A stretch of 62,940 nt of DNA, the filler included, from Octopus bimaculoides (taxonomy: Eukaryota): NCBI RefSeq assembly GCF_001194135.2. It is 6 parts of 6 records of this genome, joined end to end, with 100 filler letters (N's around TTAATTAATTAA, not from the genome) between each part and the next. Parts side by side here need not be neighbours in the genome. Positions count along the whole stretch, not along the records: positions 14,144 to 28,648 come from NC_068985.1; 5 more parts are not named here. The stretch is one strand, 5' to 3'. Positions 14,144-27,043 of the stretch are shown here, one piece after another (within the stretch, counting starts at the first letter, position 1; the number at the start of each line of letters is the position of its first letter). The position numbers and the translations under genes were made by a program. Below the pieces are notes generated by a model. That model was not told the origin of the DNA, did not search any database, and saw only the letters and a list, made by a program, of their open reading frames with translations.

Positions 14144-15729
14144 TAATCTCTATCATTAGTCCCCATAATTCGTGTATGGTCGGGTTGTGTATCGACTGAT
14201 GAGTTCGTGCCAAAGGCTGTTAGTCCTTGCCTATCCTTAATGTTGGCCAGCTTTATTTTTAATTTTGTATCATGTATATACTCTATATTTTTCGTAAAGC
14301 CGCTTCGCTTTAAGGCATTGTTATATATTGGTGCATATTTATTAAATACATTTTCATTTGCCGATATATTTGAGATACGGATAGAGGCTGCGGTTACTAT
14401 ACTATTAATTGTTGATCTAGGGTGATTGGATAGTGCGTTAATATACTGGAAACTTTGATTAGGCTTACGAAACGGGTAATACAATTTGGTATTGAGGTCC
14501 AACGTTACGTCTAGAAAACTTGTTGTCCTAGGATTACACTCATATATAATGTTTAGGTTATAGTAGTCTTTTAAATATGCCCTCAGATCCTTCTTCAATC
14601 TCTCAATCTGAAGTGTTAAGTTATTAGAGACGATGTATAACGTATCATCTCTATATATACCTCCAAAGAGTGAGGGAAACTGTCTTTTGATTTTATCCAA
14701 CAAAAGTAGTCCCACTAGGTCTGTTATTTGGGCAGAATCGGAGGATCCCATGATACTATCGAAAAGGTTGAAGGAATCAGTTTTGGACCAGTGCTGGTTT
14801 GCATAATTAATAAGAGTCATACGAGCCGCTTGAATAATATCAATGTCCAAGCTTGAAATTTCAATATACTTGCGGGCGAAAATAATTGCCTTTAATACAA
14901 TTGGGGAGATCAAAGAGTAATAATTTGAAATATCGAACTGTACGAAGGATGAAGTTTTATGATGTTCATGTTTATGGAACCAGACTATAACATCATTTGT
15001 TGATTCCCATAAAGGGAGTTGTGTTTTTTTCTTTATCACTGGTATAATCCGATCTAGAATACATTTGCTAATCCTACCCAAGTCCGATTTAGTTGGGCAG
15101 ATTAGGCGTATTGTTGGTTTGGCAAGGAAGTCATCCTTATGGTCCTTTAACGTGCAGTGTGGAGTTTTGGGATCATACGGTTGTGTTCGATCTAATATTC
15201 CCAATTTCGAAATTATTTCGTAGTGTTTATTGTTAATGTCATTCAGAGCCGATTTTTTATCAATTTTATACTTGGTGTGGAGTTCCTTGGATATTAGCAT
15301 GTTGTAGGTTTCGAATGGCACAGAGTAGATATTTCCGATTTTATCTGAGAGAATATGTAGATTGGGATCATTCTTGAGACTAGCTATTGTTTCCTGTAAT
15401 TGATTTTGGAAGGCATTCCCCTAGTGCGAATATTTAAGGTTTTTTATCATGCGTATCAAGTCCTTTTCAAATTTTGCAAGATCGGAGTTTGGTGGAGCGT
15501 TCCTGTAAGATTTTAAATTAAAATTTTCGGAGATTTCTGGTTCAGTTCGATTGCTTATTAGGTTGGGTGTTTTTGTTATCTTTCAATTTCTGGACATATC
15601 GAGGTAAAAAGCACGCCATCTAAGTCTATTAATACATTCTCTCGTTTTTTGTAGGAGAGTTTCCATATATATATTCTCGGGTGGGATCGGTATATTTCTA
15701 GTACAGATTCCCAAATGTCGTTTTTCCAT
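14144..15729 (-). mobile_element. Penelope-like retroelement (PLE) ORF, reverse transcriptase region, tentatively Naiad-like; pseudogenised and truncated by an assembly join
   Basis: The 409-aa ORF carries PLE RT motifs: TLKDHKDDF..KPTIRLICP.KSDLGRISK, FVQFDISNYYSLIS (motif A), FDSIMGSSDSAQITDLVG (motif B), GIYRDDTL (catalytic YRDD at 14644-14655), SFLDVTLDL and YPFRKPN..YINALSNHP. Manual translation upstream in the same frame gives MEKRHLGICTRNIPIPPENIYMETLLQKTRECINRLRWRAFY...NFNLKSYRNAPP..DLAKFEKDL...ILSDKIGNIY. That extension is broken by TGA (15583-15585) and TAG (15421-15423). Confidence 0.9.
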
Positions 15730-16154
15730 TTTCCCCAGTCCGTTTTGAAGTGCTTAAACGAGCTAAGTATAAACTGTAATTTTTGTATAATTATGCATTG
15801 TTAATATAACAATACATAAAGACGGGCTAGAGTTGAAGTGCTCAGCATGAGCTAGAATTCACCTTATAGTAAAAATGAATGATGTGTAACGAAAATTTGA
15901 TTTAAGCATCTTAATGAATTCTTTATACTGAAATATATACTGAAGAAGATAAATATGTTCTTTTGAATTTATATGTTATTGCGTCGTAATTCCTTTATTA
16001 TTATTACTATAACCAAAAGGATCGATTCTTGAAGAGTCTGCATATCTTCACTGTCGTTTTTTTTCTGCTATTTTGGTGATGATTTTTTAAGTTAGCTTAC
16101 CAATTACTGTTGGTAGTTAATTTATAATATATTGTTATATATATATATATATAT

Positions 16155-16690
16155 ATGATGACTACGGACCGAGACCTTTGGAAATGGGCTGTGCGTGAGA
16201 AGACCCGGCAAGCCAAGTANNNNNNNNNNNNNNNNNNNNNNNNNNNNNNNNNNNNNNNNNNNNNNNNNNNNNNNNNNNNNNNNNNNNNNNNNNNNNNNNN
16301 NNNNNNNNNNNNNNNNNNNNNNNNNNNNNNNNNNNNNNNNNNNNNNNNNNNNNNNNNNNNNNNNNNNNNNNNNNNNNNNNNNNNNNNNNNNNNNNNNNNN
16401 NNNNNNNNNNNNNNNNNNNNNNNNNNNNNNNNNNNNNNNNNNNNNNNNNNNNNNNNNNNNNNNNNNNNNNNNNNNNNNNNNNNNNNNNNNNNNNNNNNNN
16501 NNNNNNCGTAAAAGCACCCACTACACTCTCTGAGTGGTTGGCGTTAGGAAGGGCATCCAGCTGTAGAAACTCTGCCAAATCAGACTGGAGCCTGGTGTTG
16601 CCATCCGGTTTCACCAGTCCTCAGTCAAATCGTCCAACCCATGCTAGCATGGAAAGCGGACGTTAAACGATGATGATGATGATGATGATA
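16155..16690 (+). mobile_element. RTE-clade LINE 3' end with (GAT)n tail
   Basis: MTTDRDLWKWAVREKTRQAK* matches the RTE terminal DR..W motif. After the gap come a 3'UTR (GGTTGGCGTTAGGAAGGGCATCCAGCTGTAG...) and a GAT-repeat tail. It is flanked by (TA)n. Confidence 0.7.
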
Positions 16691-17081
16691 TATATACATA
16701 TATATATATATGTTGAGATTGTGACAGGTATGTGTTCTGAGATCTTTCACAGCTTGGATTTTTATCTCATTCTGTAAATTTTATATATATATATATATGT
16801 GTGTGTATGTGTATGTGAGTGCGTGTGTATGTGTGTGTGTGTGTGTGTGTAATATAATATGTGATAAATATTCGGTTACCATAATAAAACTCCGAATTTC
16901 GGGTGTCGGAGCGGAAATCTCCACCGGCATCCTACCAGTTATTAAGACAATCAAATCTCGCAGGATTATTATGGCAACCGAATAATTGACACGTATTATA
17001 TTACAGATAAATTCCTCTATTTAAATAATATCGAGCTCTCATTCATTCCTTTATTGTCATACCATTACTATTAATATATGT

Positions 17082-17146
<65 letters not shown>

Positions 17147-19194
17147 GTGTTGTGTGTGTGTTGTGTGTGTGTGTGCTCACTTGCAATTGTCTATACTCTA
17201 CAAGTATTATACAAAGAGAATTTAATATTTATCGTACCGGTGTCGCAATTATTTTGACAGCACACATATCGATTTGGAAATTCAGACACAGATATCTATT
17301 AAATACATCAGTATTCTAATGTTGTATTTTATTTTATGAATACACTTACTACATATTCATACGATTGACACTTTGGAAATATTCATAATCTACTGTGAAA
17401 TATATGCTCTTCACAATAACACACAATTTTCATATAAGGCTAGCGTATTCCTTCGAAACATGCATAATTTATCACTGTGTTTCTTTGTTCTTGCTCCTTT
17501 TCTCTTTCTCCCTTTCTTTCTCTCTTTCCCACTATATTTCTGTTTGTGTTTTCTTTTATTTTTGCTTCTATTTCGGTGTCTTTTTCTCCATATCTACCGT
17601 TATGTCGATTTTTCAAAATCAACTTTTCATTATTCAAATCAAATTACGAATCAGCTGACTTTCAAATAATTCCACAACAGCTCTGGTTTTCTAAATTGTT
17701 ATACATATTTTGGCCATAGTAATGGCATATATGAACTAATATATATTAAAACGCACGTCCCCGTTCATTTTAAATGCGATTTCATTCGTATATAACATCT
17801 TATCTCCTATATTCTATTTCATTCAAATGAATTTATTACATATCCCCTGCTTTATTTTTTCTGCAGACTATTGCTACAGAACCTCAGGTTACTGTTGTTG
17901 TGTGAATTCAAGAATTCGTGAATGCTTTTGTAATTACAATGAATGCTAGAATATATATTGTCTCACTGACCAACGCTTTATTAATTGCAAACGAAGGCGG
18001 CGAGCTTACAGAAACGTTATGTGCCGGACGAAGTGCTAAGCAGTTTTTCGCCCGTCGCATCATTCTGAGTTCAAATTCTGCCGAGTTCATCCTTTCATCC
18101 TTTCGAGATCGATAAATTAATTACGAGTTGCGTACTGGGTCGAGTGAATCTATTGCCCCCTCTTCCCAAAAATTTCAGGCTTCGTGCCTTGAGCAGAAAG
18201 GATACTTAATCGCAAACGAACAACAGTGTTCTATAATTATTGAGGTACGGTGCTACGAAATCTTTAGCAACATGTCCTTTCGGAGGAAAAGTAGTCTTTA
18301 AAAGTAACATTATTCTTCATCTCTGAAATATAGAACTGTTTAAAAGTAACATTTGCTCTTAGTTTTATACTTTTATGTGACAATTTTGAGTCCGCTCGAT
18401 ATATTTGTAATTGTGGCTTTAGTTGAAAAGTACGTTATGGAACTCGTTAAATAAAATGAAATATATTGAATTGTGCCGAACTGAACTGAGATGCTCCACA
18501 TTTCAATTTTATTCTCACGACATGTTTTCCCCAGAAAAACAAGGCAATATCTTTAGAAAAAAGTTTTCATTCACCAGCTGATTTTGGAATGATATTGGCA
18601 CTAATCTAAAACGTGATGTTATAATTCGACAAAGTGCATAGGAATCACGGCATTAATTATATCTTTAGATGTACCAAATGTACTAGAACAGCAAACAGCA
18701 GGTGCAGTCATGTCGTAGAGATAAAAATCTATTGAAATCGCTTCAGGCAGGATTAAAATACATTCTACTAACAACTAGTTGATATAATTAATGTGGCAGA
18801 TATTTCGAGAAAAAAGGGTGTAAATGGATACGAAATATGCTGGAGAGGCGCTGGACATGTTAGTAATGCAGGTTTTTTACATTGTTGTCGCAGTATCAGA
18901 CATGAAGCATAAGTAGGGGATGTTAGTATTTTCCTTGTTTCTTCTTATAGCATGTTGTGATTCATATTGTTGTCGTTCTTCTTTTGTCATGTGATAAACC
19001 ATTATTTTTTTTCTTTTACCTGAAAAACGAATGAACTTTATCCCATTGTTGGCCATAGTTAACAAGTTTCAATTTTTATTCTCTTTTATCTTTTACTCCT
19101 TTCAGCCATTTCAAATGGATCGTGCTGGGACAAAACTTGCATTGTTTTCGTCGAACAAATCAGCCACTTCGATATATCTATATCTAGGCCTGGC

Positions 19195-19310
19195 ACTCAT
19201 CCGTTCGATCTCTTTCGCCGGAAGACTACCTTACGGGAACGTAAACACACAAACGTCGGTTGACAAGTGATAGTTGTGGGTCAACCAAAGTCACAAAGAT
19301 ACACACTAAA

Positions 19311-19343
<33 letters not shown>

Positions 19344-19490
19344 CGACGGGCTTCTTCCAGTTACCGTTTACGAAATCCACTTACAAGATTGTGGTTGGTC
19401 TATGGCTATATTGGAAGACACTTGCATAAGGTGCCACGTAGTAGTAGTGAACCCTGAAATTTGTCGTTAGGAAGCAAGCTTCATACCTCA
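19195..19490 (-). mobile_element. SINE family A, diverged copy with internal (TA)n
   Basis: Colinear with 40975-41265 on both sides of the internal dinucleotide tract. Confidence 0.75.
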
Positions 19491-19788
19491 CACCCACGCA
19501 GATTTTCCCTCCTACATTATCCTGTATTTTCAATGTATCAAACAACTTCATAGTATGTCCTCCATTAACTTATATAACAAGATTGAATATGACAGGTTCA
19601 GAAATGTGTGCGCGTCTTATGCGTTGACTGGGATACTGGTGTAATACATTTCACTAAAAGAGACATATATCTACAATAGGGGTGCATCTATTAAGGATGT
19701 CTATTTGTTTACGTGTCAATGTATTTAGATAAAAAGCAAAATTCGATATTGTCAGCACCTATCTCTTTCTCTCGCTTTCCTTCTCTGA

Positions 19789-19828
<40 letters not shown>

Positions 19829-20454
19829 NNNNNNNNNNNNNNNNNNNNNNNNNNNNNNNNNNNNNNNNNNNNNNNNNNNNNNNNNNNNNNNNNNNNNNNN
19901 NNNNNNNNNNNNNNNNNNNNNNNNNNNNNNNNNNNNNNNNNNNNNNNNNNNNNNNNNNNNNNNNNNNNNNNNNNNNNNNNNNNNNNNNNNNNNNNNNNNN
20001 NNNNNNNNNNNNNNNNNNNNNNNNNNNNNNNNNNNNNNNNNNNNNNNNNNNNNNNNNNNNNNNNNNNNNNNNNNNNNNNNNNNNNNNNNNNNNNNNNNNN
20101 NNNNNNNNNNNNNNNNNNNNNNNNNNNNNNNNNNNNNNNNNNNNNNNNNNNNNNNNNNNNNNNNNNNNNNNNNNNNNNNNNNNNNNNNNNNNNNNNNNNN
20201 NNNNNNNNNNNNNNNNNNNNNNNNNNNNNNNNNNNNNNNNNNNNNNNNNNNNNNNNNNNNNNNNNNNNNNNNNNNNNNNNNNATATATATATATATATAC
20301 GTATTAAGAGGGTATTGCCACGGATGGAATATATTTGAATGTAAACGCTCTTCCTTCACAGGAAAATGAAATAAATGCCCTCAATTTGCATATTTTTCAA
20401 AAATTCGAATCGCTCATATTTATTGTTTTCTTCATTATTTAAATCATAGTAATG

Positions 20455-20720
20455 ATATCTGAAGTGATGATGATGAAATGATGCTGCTGCTGCTGCTGAT
20501 GCTGATGATGATGATGATGATGATGACGATGATGATGTTGACCACGATCCCGACAATGATGAGGAAGAGGAGGAGGTGGAAAAAGAAGTGGAGGAGGTGG
20601 AAAAGGAAGAGGAGGGGGTGGAAAAGGCGGAAGTGGAAGACGACGCCGTATGTGATTATAAGCTTGATGGCGATTGTGTTAACGACGATTAAGATGATTA
20701 TGGCTGCAATGATAATGATG
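20455..20720. repeat. Compound trinucleotide low-complexity tract (GAT/GCT/GAG)
   Basis: Read directly from the sequence. Confidence 0.9.
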
Positions 20721-21684
20721 AATGTCACTGAGACTCCCAACCTCAATATCATTTTCATGTCGCTATTGTCATCATTACTGACATCGCTTTTGTATTTCTC
20801 GTCCTCGTTATCACTATCACACCAATATTATTTCCCTCTGTTCTTTTATATGAACTATCCATATTTATGTAGGTTCCCCTTGGGATTCACCTGACGCGGC
20901 AGAGTGTTGTGAAATGCAATTTGTGAAGCATAGTCATTACATTTACGGAGACATGATAATTGGCTTCATTATATTATTCTAGCAAATACTAACGGCATTA
21001 TATAGATATGAGCAAATTATGCGTGTTATCTCATCTGAGGAACAATTATTGGAAATTTTGGATAATATAAAGCACTCTGCAAACTGTATGATGTTTGTTA
21101 CACACTTTTCTGAACACAAACTGTTTTTTGTTCCGTTCACATCATTCTATCATGTGCAATATTTCTACTTATTCGGACTAAATAAATCCTAAATACACCG
21201 AGACACCTCATCACTCATTCTGTATCATACTCCATACTGTATGCTAAATAATATCACTGCTTTAGAATTATCTTCACCTTCATGAAAGGATTAACACGGC
21301 GTAAACTGTAGTGTGTCACCTTATTCTACATAATCTTAGTTCGTAATATGATTACCTGGCTATTTTTCTCCAATTCCATATCCAGAAATATTGACAAGAT
21401 AGCCATAAATTTGGATTATAGCTGAGAGAGCTATTTATGATTGTACATAATATAAGGCTATGTTAACTACATCTTTAAAATGAAGTTGGTATACAACGGT
21501 ATGGTTATAACGTTGACGTGTCACCATCGTCAAAGCCAGGAGCATCTCGATATGTTTGTCTATGCTACTTGCTTTCGTAATTTGTGTAGACACAAACGGT
21601 ATTATGGACCAGTGGTATAACACTCACCTCAAACTTGTATGCTTCATTTATATTCTTCATACTTTTAGGTCAATATGATTCTGT

Positions 21685-22025
21685 AGACACAGATGAGACT
21701 GTACGATAAGAACCATTTGGTTATGAGTTCAGTCCAACTACTTTCCACCTTGGGAAAGTGGATTTGCTTGACAGAAACTGAAATAATTCCATAATATATA
21801 TATATACGTGTGTGTGTATGTGTGCGTGAGTGTGCCTGTATGTACGTGCGCCGGTATGAGTGTGCTTGTTTTGTACTTCAGTTTACGTTCCCATAAACTA
21901 GAGGTTCAGCAAAAGAAACCGATTTAATAAGTGCCAAGACAACGAAAAAGACCGTAGTGGGTCGATTCTTTCCACTAAAATCCATCTCCATCATGGCCGC
22001 AGTCTAATTATTGAAACTAGTAAAA
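21685..22025 (+). mobile_element. SINE family A, old full-length copy
   Basis: Degenerate head (GAGTTCAGTCC), internal TA/TG tract and tail CATGGCCGCAGTC...GAAACTAGTAAAA. Confidence 0.6.
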
Positions 22026-25000
22026 TATAAACACCAATAAGGGGACCGGATTAGTAAGGTTTACTTCAAAACGTGCTTGTTTTTATTTTGTTTGTTGTGT
22101 TTATTATCTAGAAGGGCTGGCTCTTTGCGATGGTGTACATATTTCGTTTATTTCCACAACAACATTACCACTGGAACTGTGTAGAATATTTTATAATGGG
22201 GCAGATTAAAAATTGACGAATACTGTTTCTACCTCGAGGAAGACCTTGGAAAAGTCCTTTCGGCTGTTTCATAGTATTGTTATTATAAGAGGCAATGCCC
22301 CCAAAATATATTATTACGGGCAAATTAATAGTTCCAGATGAATGGGATTCTACTGTGAATGACAAGCAGCTGCTATGGCTTCCAAATATATTAAGCATAC
22401 AAGCTAAGTCAATGATTCATGTTGTAATGATAAGTGGTTAAATACAATTAAATTTGAACTGTCAGAATTGCGACCGATCTCCAGATAAGTAAATTAACAT
22501 TCAACGCAACAATTGAATAATGTTAAATTTTAGAAAAATAACTTTAAACTCATCTTTTAAACTTAAGCTGCCTTTACGAGATTCAAATGAAAATACATCT
22601 ATATTCTCCATTAATTTGTTTTGGTTTAAGTTGTTAATCTATATTGCATGATTTATGAAATGTTCTATGTTTTTATCTAAATCATCGGTATGTTTTTCTT
22701 TTACCAATATTAAACGCAAAGCATTAGAAGCTCTCGACAAATTATTGAAAGAGTTAAATCTCATTTGTTGCATATTTATGCTTAGATTTGTGTGGTCTTA
22801 TCTGACATTCGTGTTTATATTTTCACAAATTTACTCAGAAAATGTTTGTCCACACCAAAATATCTAACTAAATGTACAATATCACAAATAAGTTTCATCT
22901 CTTAAATATTATCAATTTTTGTTGATATAGTTGAACATATATTTAGCTGCAATCAATCTTCGTAAAATGTAGCCGAGACAATTGAAATCCTGATTAAATT
23001 ATATTTATTTCTATTTCATCCTACTAAATTCAAATTCAACTTCAACAGACTAAAATTTTCATCTCTTCAGGGACCACTTAAATCAGCAGTACTATTAAAA
23101 GTATCGTTTATTCAATTCTCTTCACTCAAACACTTAAAATGTTTTGAATATATTCTTTATAATTATTGTTTGTTAACTTTTCTATTTCATTGTAGTTCAA
23201 GTGAAATACTGATTCATTATAGATTTTCTCATTAAAGATTTAAATTAATTTTCTATATTCTAATGTATACATTTTTGTTTATGGCAATATTTCGATTAAG
23301 ATTAACTAAGATGAACGTTGTTCACGTTGTCCGGAATGTGATCAATCAAATAATGTTAGAACTTTGCACATCGAACACTTCAAGTAAGAGAGATGTACCT
23401 GTTTCATTGACAAAACACTTGAAATTATTGAGAGGGCGAAAAATGTACTTTATATACAAGTGTCTATTTGAACCGTCTCTTAAAAAATCAGGATGATATA
23501 ACACTGTGTCTTAAATAAAAATATATACGAGACTGTTAATGCATTTTCCTTCTGATTTAATGTAGTAGAAATTTAATGGAATTGAGCTACATGTCTCAAG
23601 ATAAGCATCCAATTTGATATCCTTCCATCAGTATGTCACCTCGTAGATTACATCTTGTATTGATTAGCATTGTTTCATTTTGGGGAAATATTTTTGAATT
23701 AGTGATCCCTCCTAACTTAAGCTGTTCTTAACCGTTAAGTGTAGAACATATTAGAATGTGTGGTTGAAATCGATGCTTGGGACCTCTTAAGACACAACTC
23801 AGTAGCTATGCAATGTGAAGAAATGTTTCACATGTAAAACTAAATGCTACATGAATATGTTCAGTGGCGTGCAAATTAAAGCGTAAGTTAAAAATAGAAA
23901 GTAGCGAAGTAAAATATCAGCAAAATTGTTGAGAGTGCTATGGTGGAAAGATTGTCGCGTAGAAATGATATTAAATGAACTGGAATCATTCTTCTTATTT
24001 GCAAAGATGAAGGGGTAATGTTTCTTATTTTTCCTTAATGTAACTCAACAGCTGTCCATTTTAGTGTAAACACTGATGCTGATATACATAAATTGCCTTC
24101 GATAGTACTTTAAATATGATGTACGAGATGTATACGTTTGAATACCAGCTTCAAATCCAACTGTTTCCAATGTACACAGTTATATCCACAACAACCAATA
24201 CATTGTGTGTTTGTACAATGCTAAGATCATGTTGTCATTGTCATGATGTCATATTGTGAAGAAATGCATCTCAAATACCCGTCAATATTTTCAGAACCAA
24301 AAAGAGATATCAACAACATAGATCTTATTTATATCCAAAATACTCGAGTTCATTATGGTTGCAATTAATCAAAACAATTTCTGTGCCACGGAAATTCATC
24401 TTATTGATTAGCAACACACTTAAACCTTTTTCTAAAATAGAAATAACATATCAACCGTCAGCCTAATCTTTGACTGTTACAACATCCTTTATGAATTAGA
24501 CATGGTGAATATTATCGCTAATAAATCCATCTAACAGATCCCAACTGTGTCATCTCAATTAAGTTATTCGATTCCAATACAACACGAAAAAATATTAATA
24601 TTTCTAAACCAAGTTCTCAGGGTGTAAATCCGTTTCCCACTCAACATTTCTGCCGGAGATGTTAATAGTGGACAGGAAAATTTCAAAAGACAGTACATTT
24701 TAAGGCAATGTTTCTGATTGAACGTAAAAATCAAGAAAATCATTGTTTAGAATTTTTAGAAAATTTAATAAACAAAGTAATAATTAAAATTTCTTTGGAT
24801 TTAAAATGATTACGTTGTCAGTATCTGGTACACTTCATTTAGTTTTGATTTCTTTCTATGGTTTCCTTTGCTGTTCTCATGGAATAACAGCGAGCCGGCT
24901 GTTTAACAAGGGAGATGAATATTTCTGCCATCCACCGGTAAAGGAATAATGTTGTATATTTTAGCGATATCCTATAAAACGTAATGCTTCCATTTGCATC

Positions 25001-26084
25001 TATTTAAAATAAGCTATGTATTATGCTCACTGCTGGAGATATTTCTTTACAAGAGAACTTTCTAATACAAAATTAGAAGAATTTCAAAATTATTGAAAGG
25101 TTTGGCATTACTATAGTTTATTCAGGGTTAACACACTTAAGAACATCACATTCAAATCTGCTGCTACACTGCCTTGCAAAATAAGTACAACCTTATCAGA
25201 GATATCTTCAGAAATTTTAACTGTCAACGTACGGGGCTTTATGCCTTTGTAAATTCATATAGTACTTTGTTACATTTCATTGACGTGATGGTTTACTGGT
25301 ATCCCTATAATGATAATGTACGAAATTGCACTTCATAAATTATCATTCTACTTCCTGCATATTAAAATATTTAGACAAGAAATTTAATGGAGGCGCATGG
25401 CTTCGTATATAAGGTGTTCGTATTCATGGTCGTAAGATACGGGCTTCGATTCCTGGACAAGGTATACGTTGAGTTCTTGAGCAAAACACTTCATTTCACT
25501 TTGTCCTGTACTACTCAGTTGGTTAAAATGAGTAACACTAAGGGGGGCCGTTGTCCCCTTCTTGGGGTACAGTTAATCCACAAAATGTATGAAACCCACC
25601 TTAGAAATCTGTGATTGGAGAAGAATAGTGTATCCTGTTTTTTCAACCGGAAATTTATCTTACATTCTCTTAGAAATAGGGAATAACGATAAACATGGAA
25701 TTTGGTTAGAATATTTTATGAATTTTAATGTGGCCAATAGTGATATTCAAAGATCAAGATGCTTAGTGTGAAAAGGAAAACAACATGTTGATGATCTACA
25801 AAAAGTGTGTTACGGGACCAGAAAAAGGAGAAATATATTTTAGTGACTCAGAAAACTGCCACAAGAGAACTCATTCACGGTGACACAAGGATTGTTCTAC
25901 GTTGCTCTTTTAATCACATTTAAGTTATTCAGACATGAGATCCATTCAGATCAAGCAATCGATAAGAGTGTTATTCACTTTAGGATAAAAATTGGAAACA
26001 TTTGAGATTTAACTGTAGGATATACGATACAGAAGAAGACAAAAGAATGTGTTATCAATGCATTTCAGGTTTGTTCGCGTAGGT

Positions 26085-26590
26085 TACATGGAATTGTTTC
26101 CGTAGTCCCTAGTTGCGTAATGCTTCTTCAGTGTCCTGTTTGTACTTCTTTGCTTACCCTTTTTTCTCTGCTTTTTAATACTTCCTCATTCCTAATTGAC
26201 ACTAGTAACGTTTCCTTGCTTTGGGATAAATAACACCTTATGCTTCCAAGTTCGATAGGCACCTTCCTCCGTGTACTATGGTCCTGTATTGGTCATCAGT
26301 GGCTGTACGTGAGTGAGGGGTTCCATGTATCTCTAGAAATTTTCTTGTGTTCTTATCCTGCATTTTTAGTTCCTCCTCTGTCCACTTCAGGATTCCACCG
26401 CCATGCCGAAGTACATAAACATTGAGCGCATTTATTGCCGAAATTTGTTCTGGCATTCAGCTTTGAAACCGATGTATTCCTCAGTCGATGCAGATACAAT
26501 TTGTTTGTCTTTTGTTTAATATCTTTGTGTTTATTTCCACGTGCTTCAAGTATATCAAAATTATTTAATTCTAGCTTTGACCAAGAATTG
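26085..26590 (-). mobile_element. Old, frameshifted R4/Dong RT C-terminal fragment
   Basis: NFDILEARGNKHKDIKQKTNKLYLHRLRNTSVSKLNA is followed, after a frameshift, by ISAINALNVYVLRHGGGILKWTEEELKMQDKNTRKFLEIHGTPH...GGRCLSNLE. These resemble Dong-type GILEA..IKH..MK and AIN..AVPVL.Y..GII.WT..EL...DRKTR..L..HG...GGRGL. Confidence 0.75.
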
Positions 26591-26686
26591 GTGGACAACC
26601 TTGAGAATGAACATGTGTCTCATCTCTGCTGCATATATAAGAAAAGTGGATAAATTCGTTGCTCACATCCCTCTCCATGTATATAC

Positions 26687-26736
<50 letters not shown>

Positions 26737-27002
26737 AGTGTGTGTATGTGCGTTTAGACATAAACTGATGTAAATTTACAAATAATTATTGAAATAGCAA
26801 TTGCGCCTATGATTCCATAACGAATATTTGTATAACTATTACACAGCAGTTAATCGCAAATTGAAATTTTAATAAGTATTTACAAGAAGAAAAAGATATA
26901 TCGTCATTACAAAATGTGTTTGCCTGAATATGCACATACTCTCATACATACATACATACACACATACACACATACATACATACATACCTACATACATACA
27001 TA

Positions 27003-27043
<41 letters not shown>

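Noticed and set aside
15583-15585. In-frame TGA as selenocysteine
   Set aside because: It is not at a conserved Cys-like position, a TAG also interrupts the frame, and no SECIS region is visible. It is kept only as a family-level test.
15750-16120. Hammerhead expected in the 5' region of the PLE ORF
   Set aside because: No CTGANGA...GAAA arrangement was found on the sense (minus) strand. The CTGAAGA near 15950 is antisense and lacks stems.
20444-20894. 138-aa and 104-aa ORFs with poly-M/L/K/R runs
   Set aside because: They arise from GAT/GCT/GAG trinucleotide repeats, with no domain or splice support.
21628-21680. Minus-strand exon candidate with a strong GAG|gtgagt donor (MKNINEAYKFE)
   Set aside because: All three frames are closed unless it holds the start codon, and its acceptor derives from an antisense SINE head. 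It is unsupported without RNA data.
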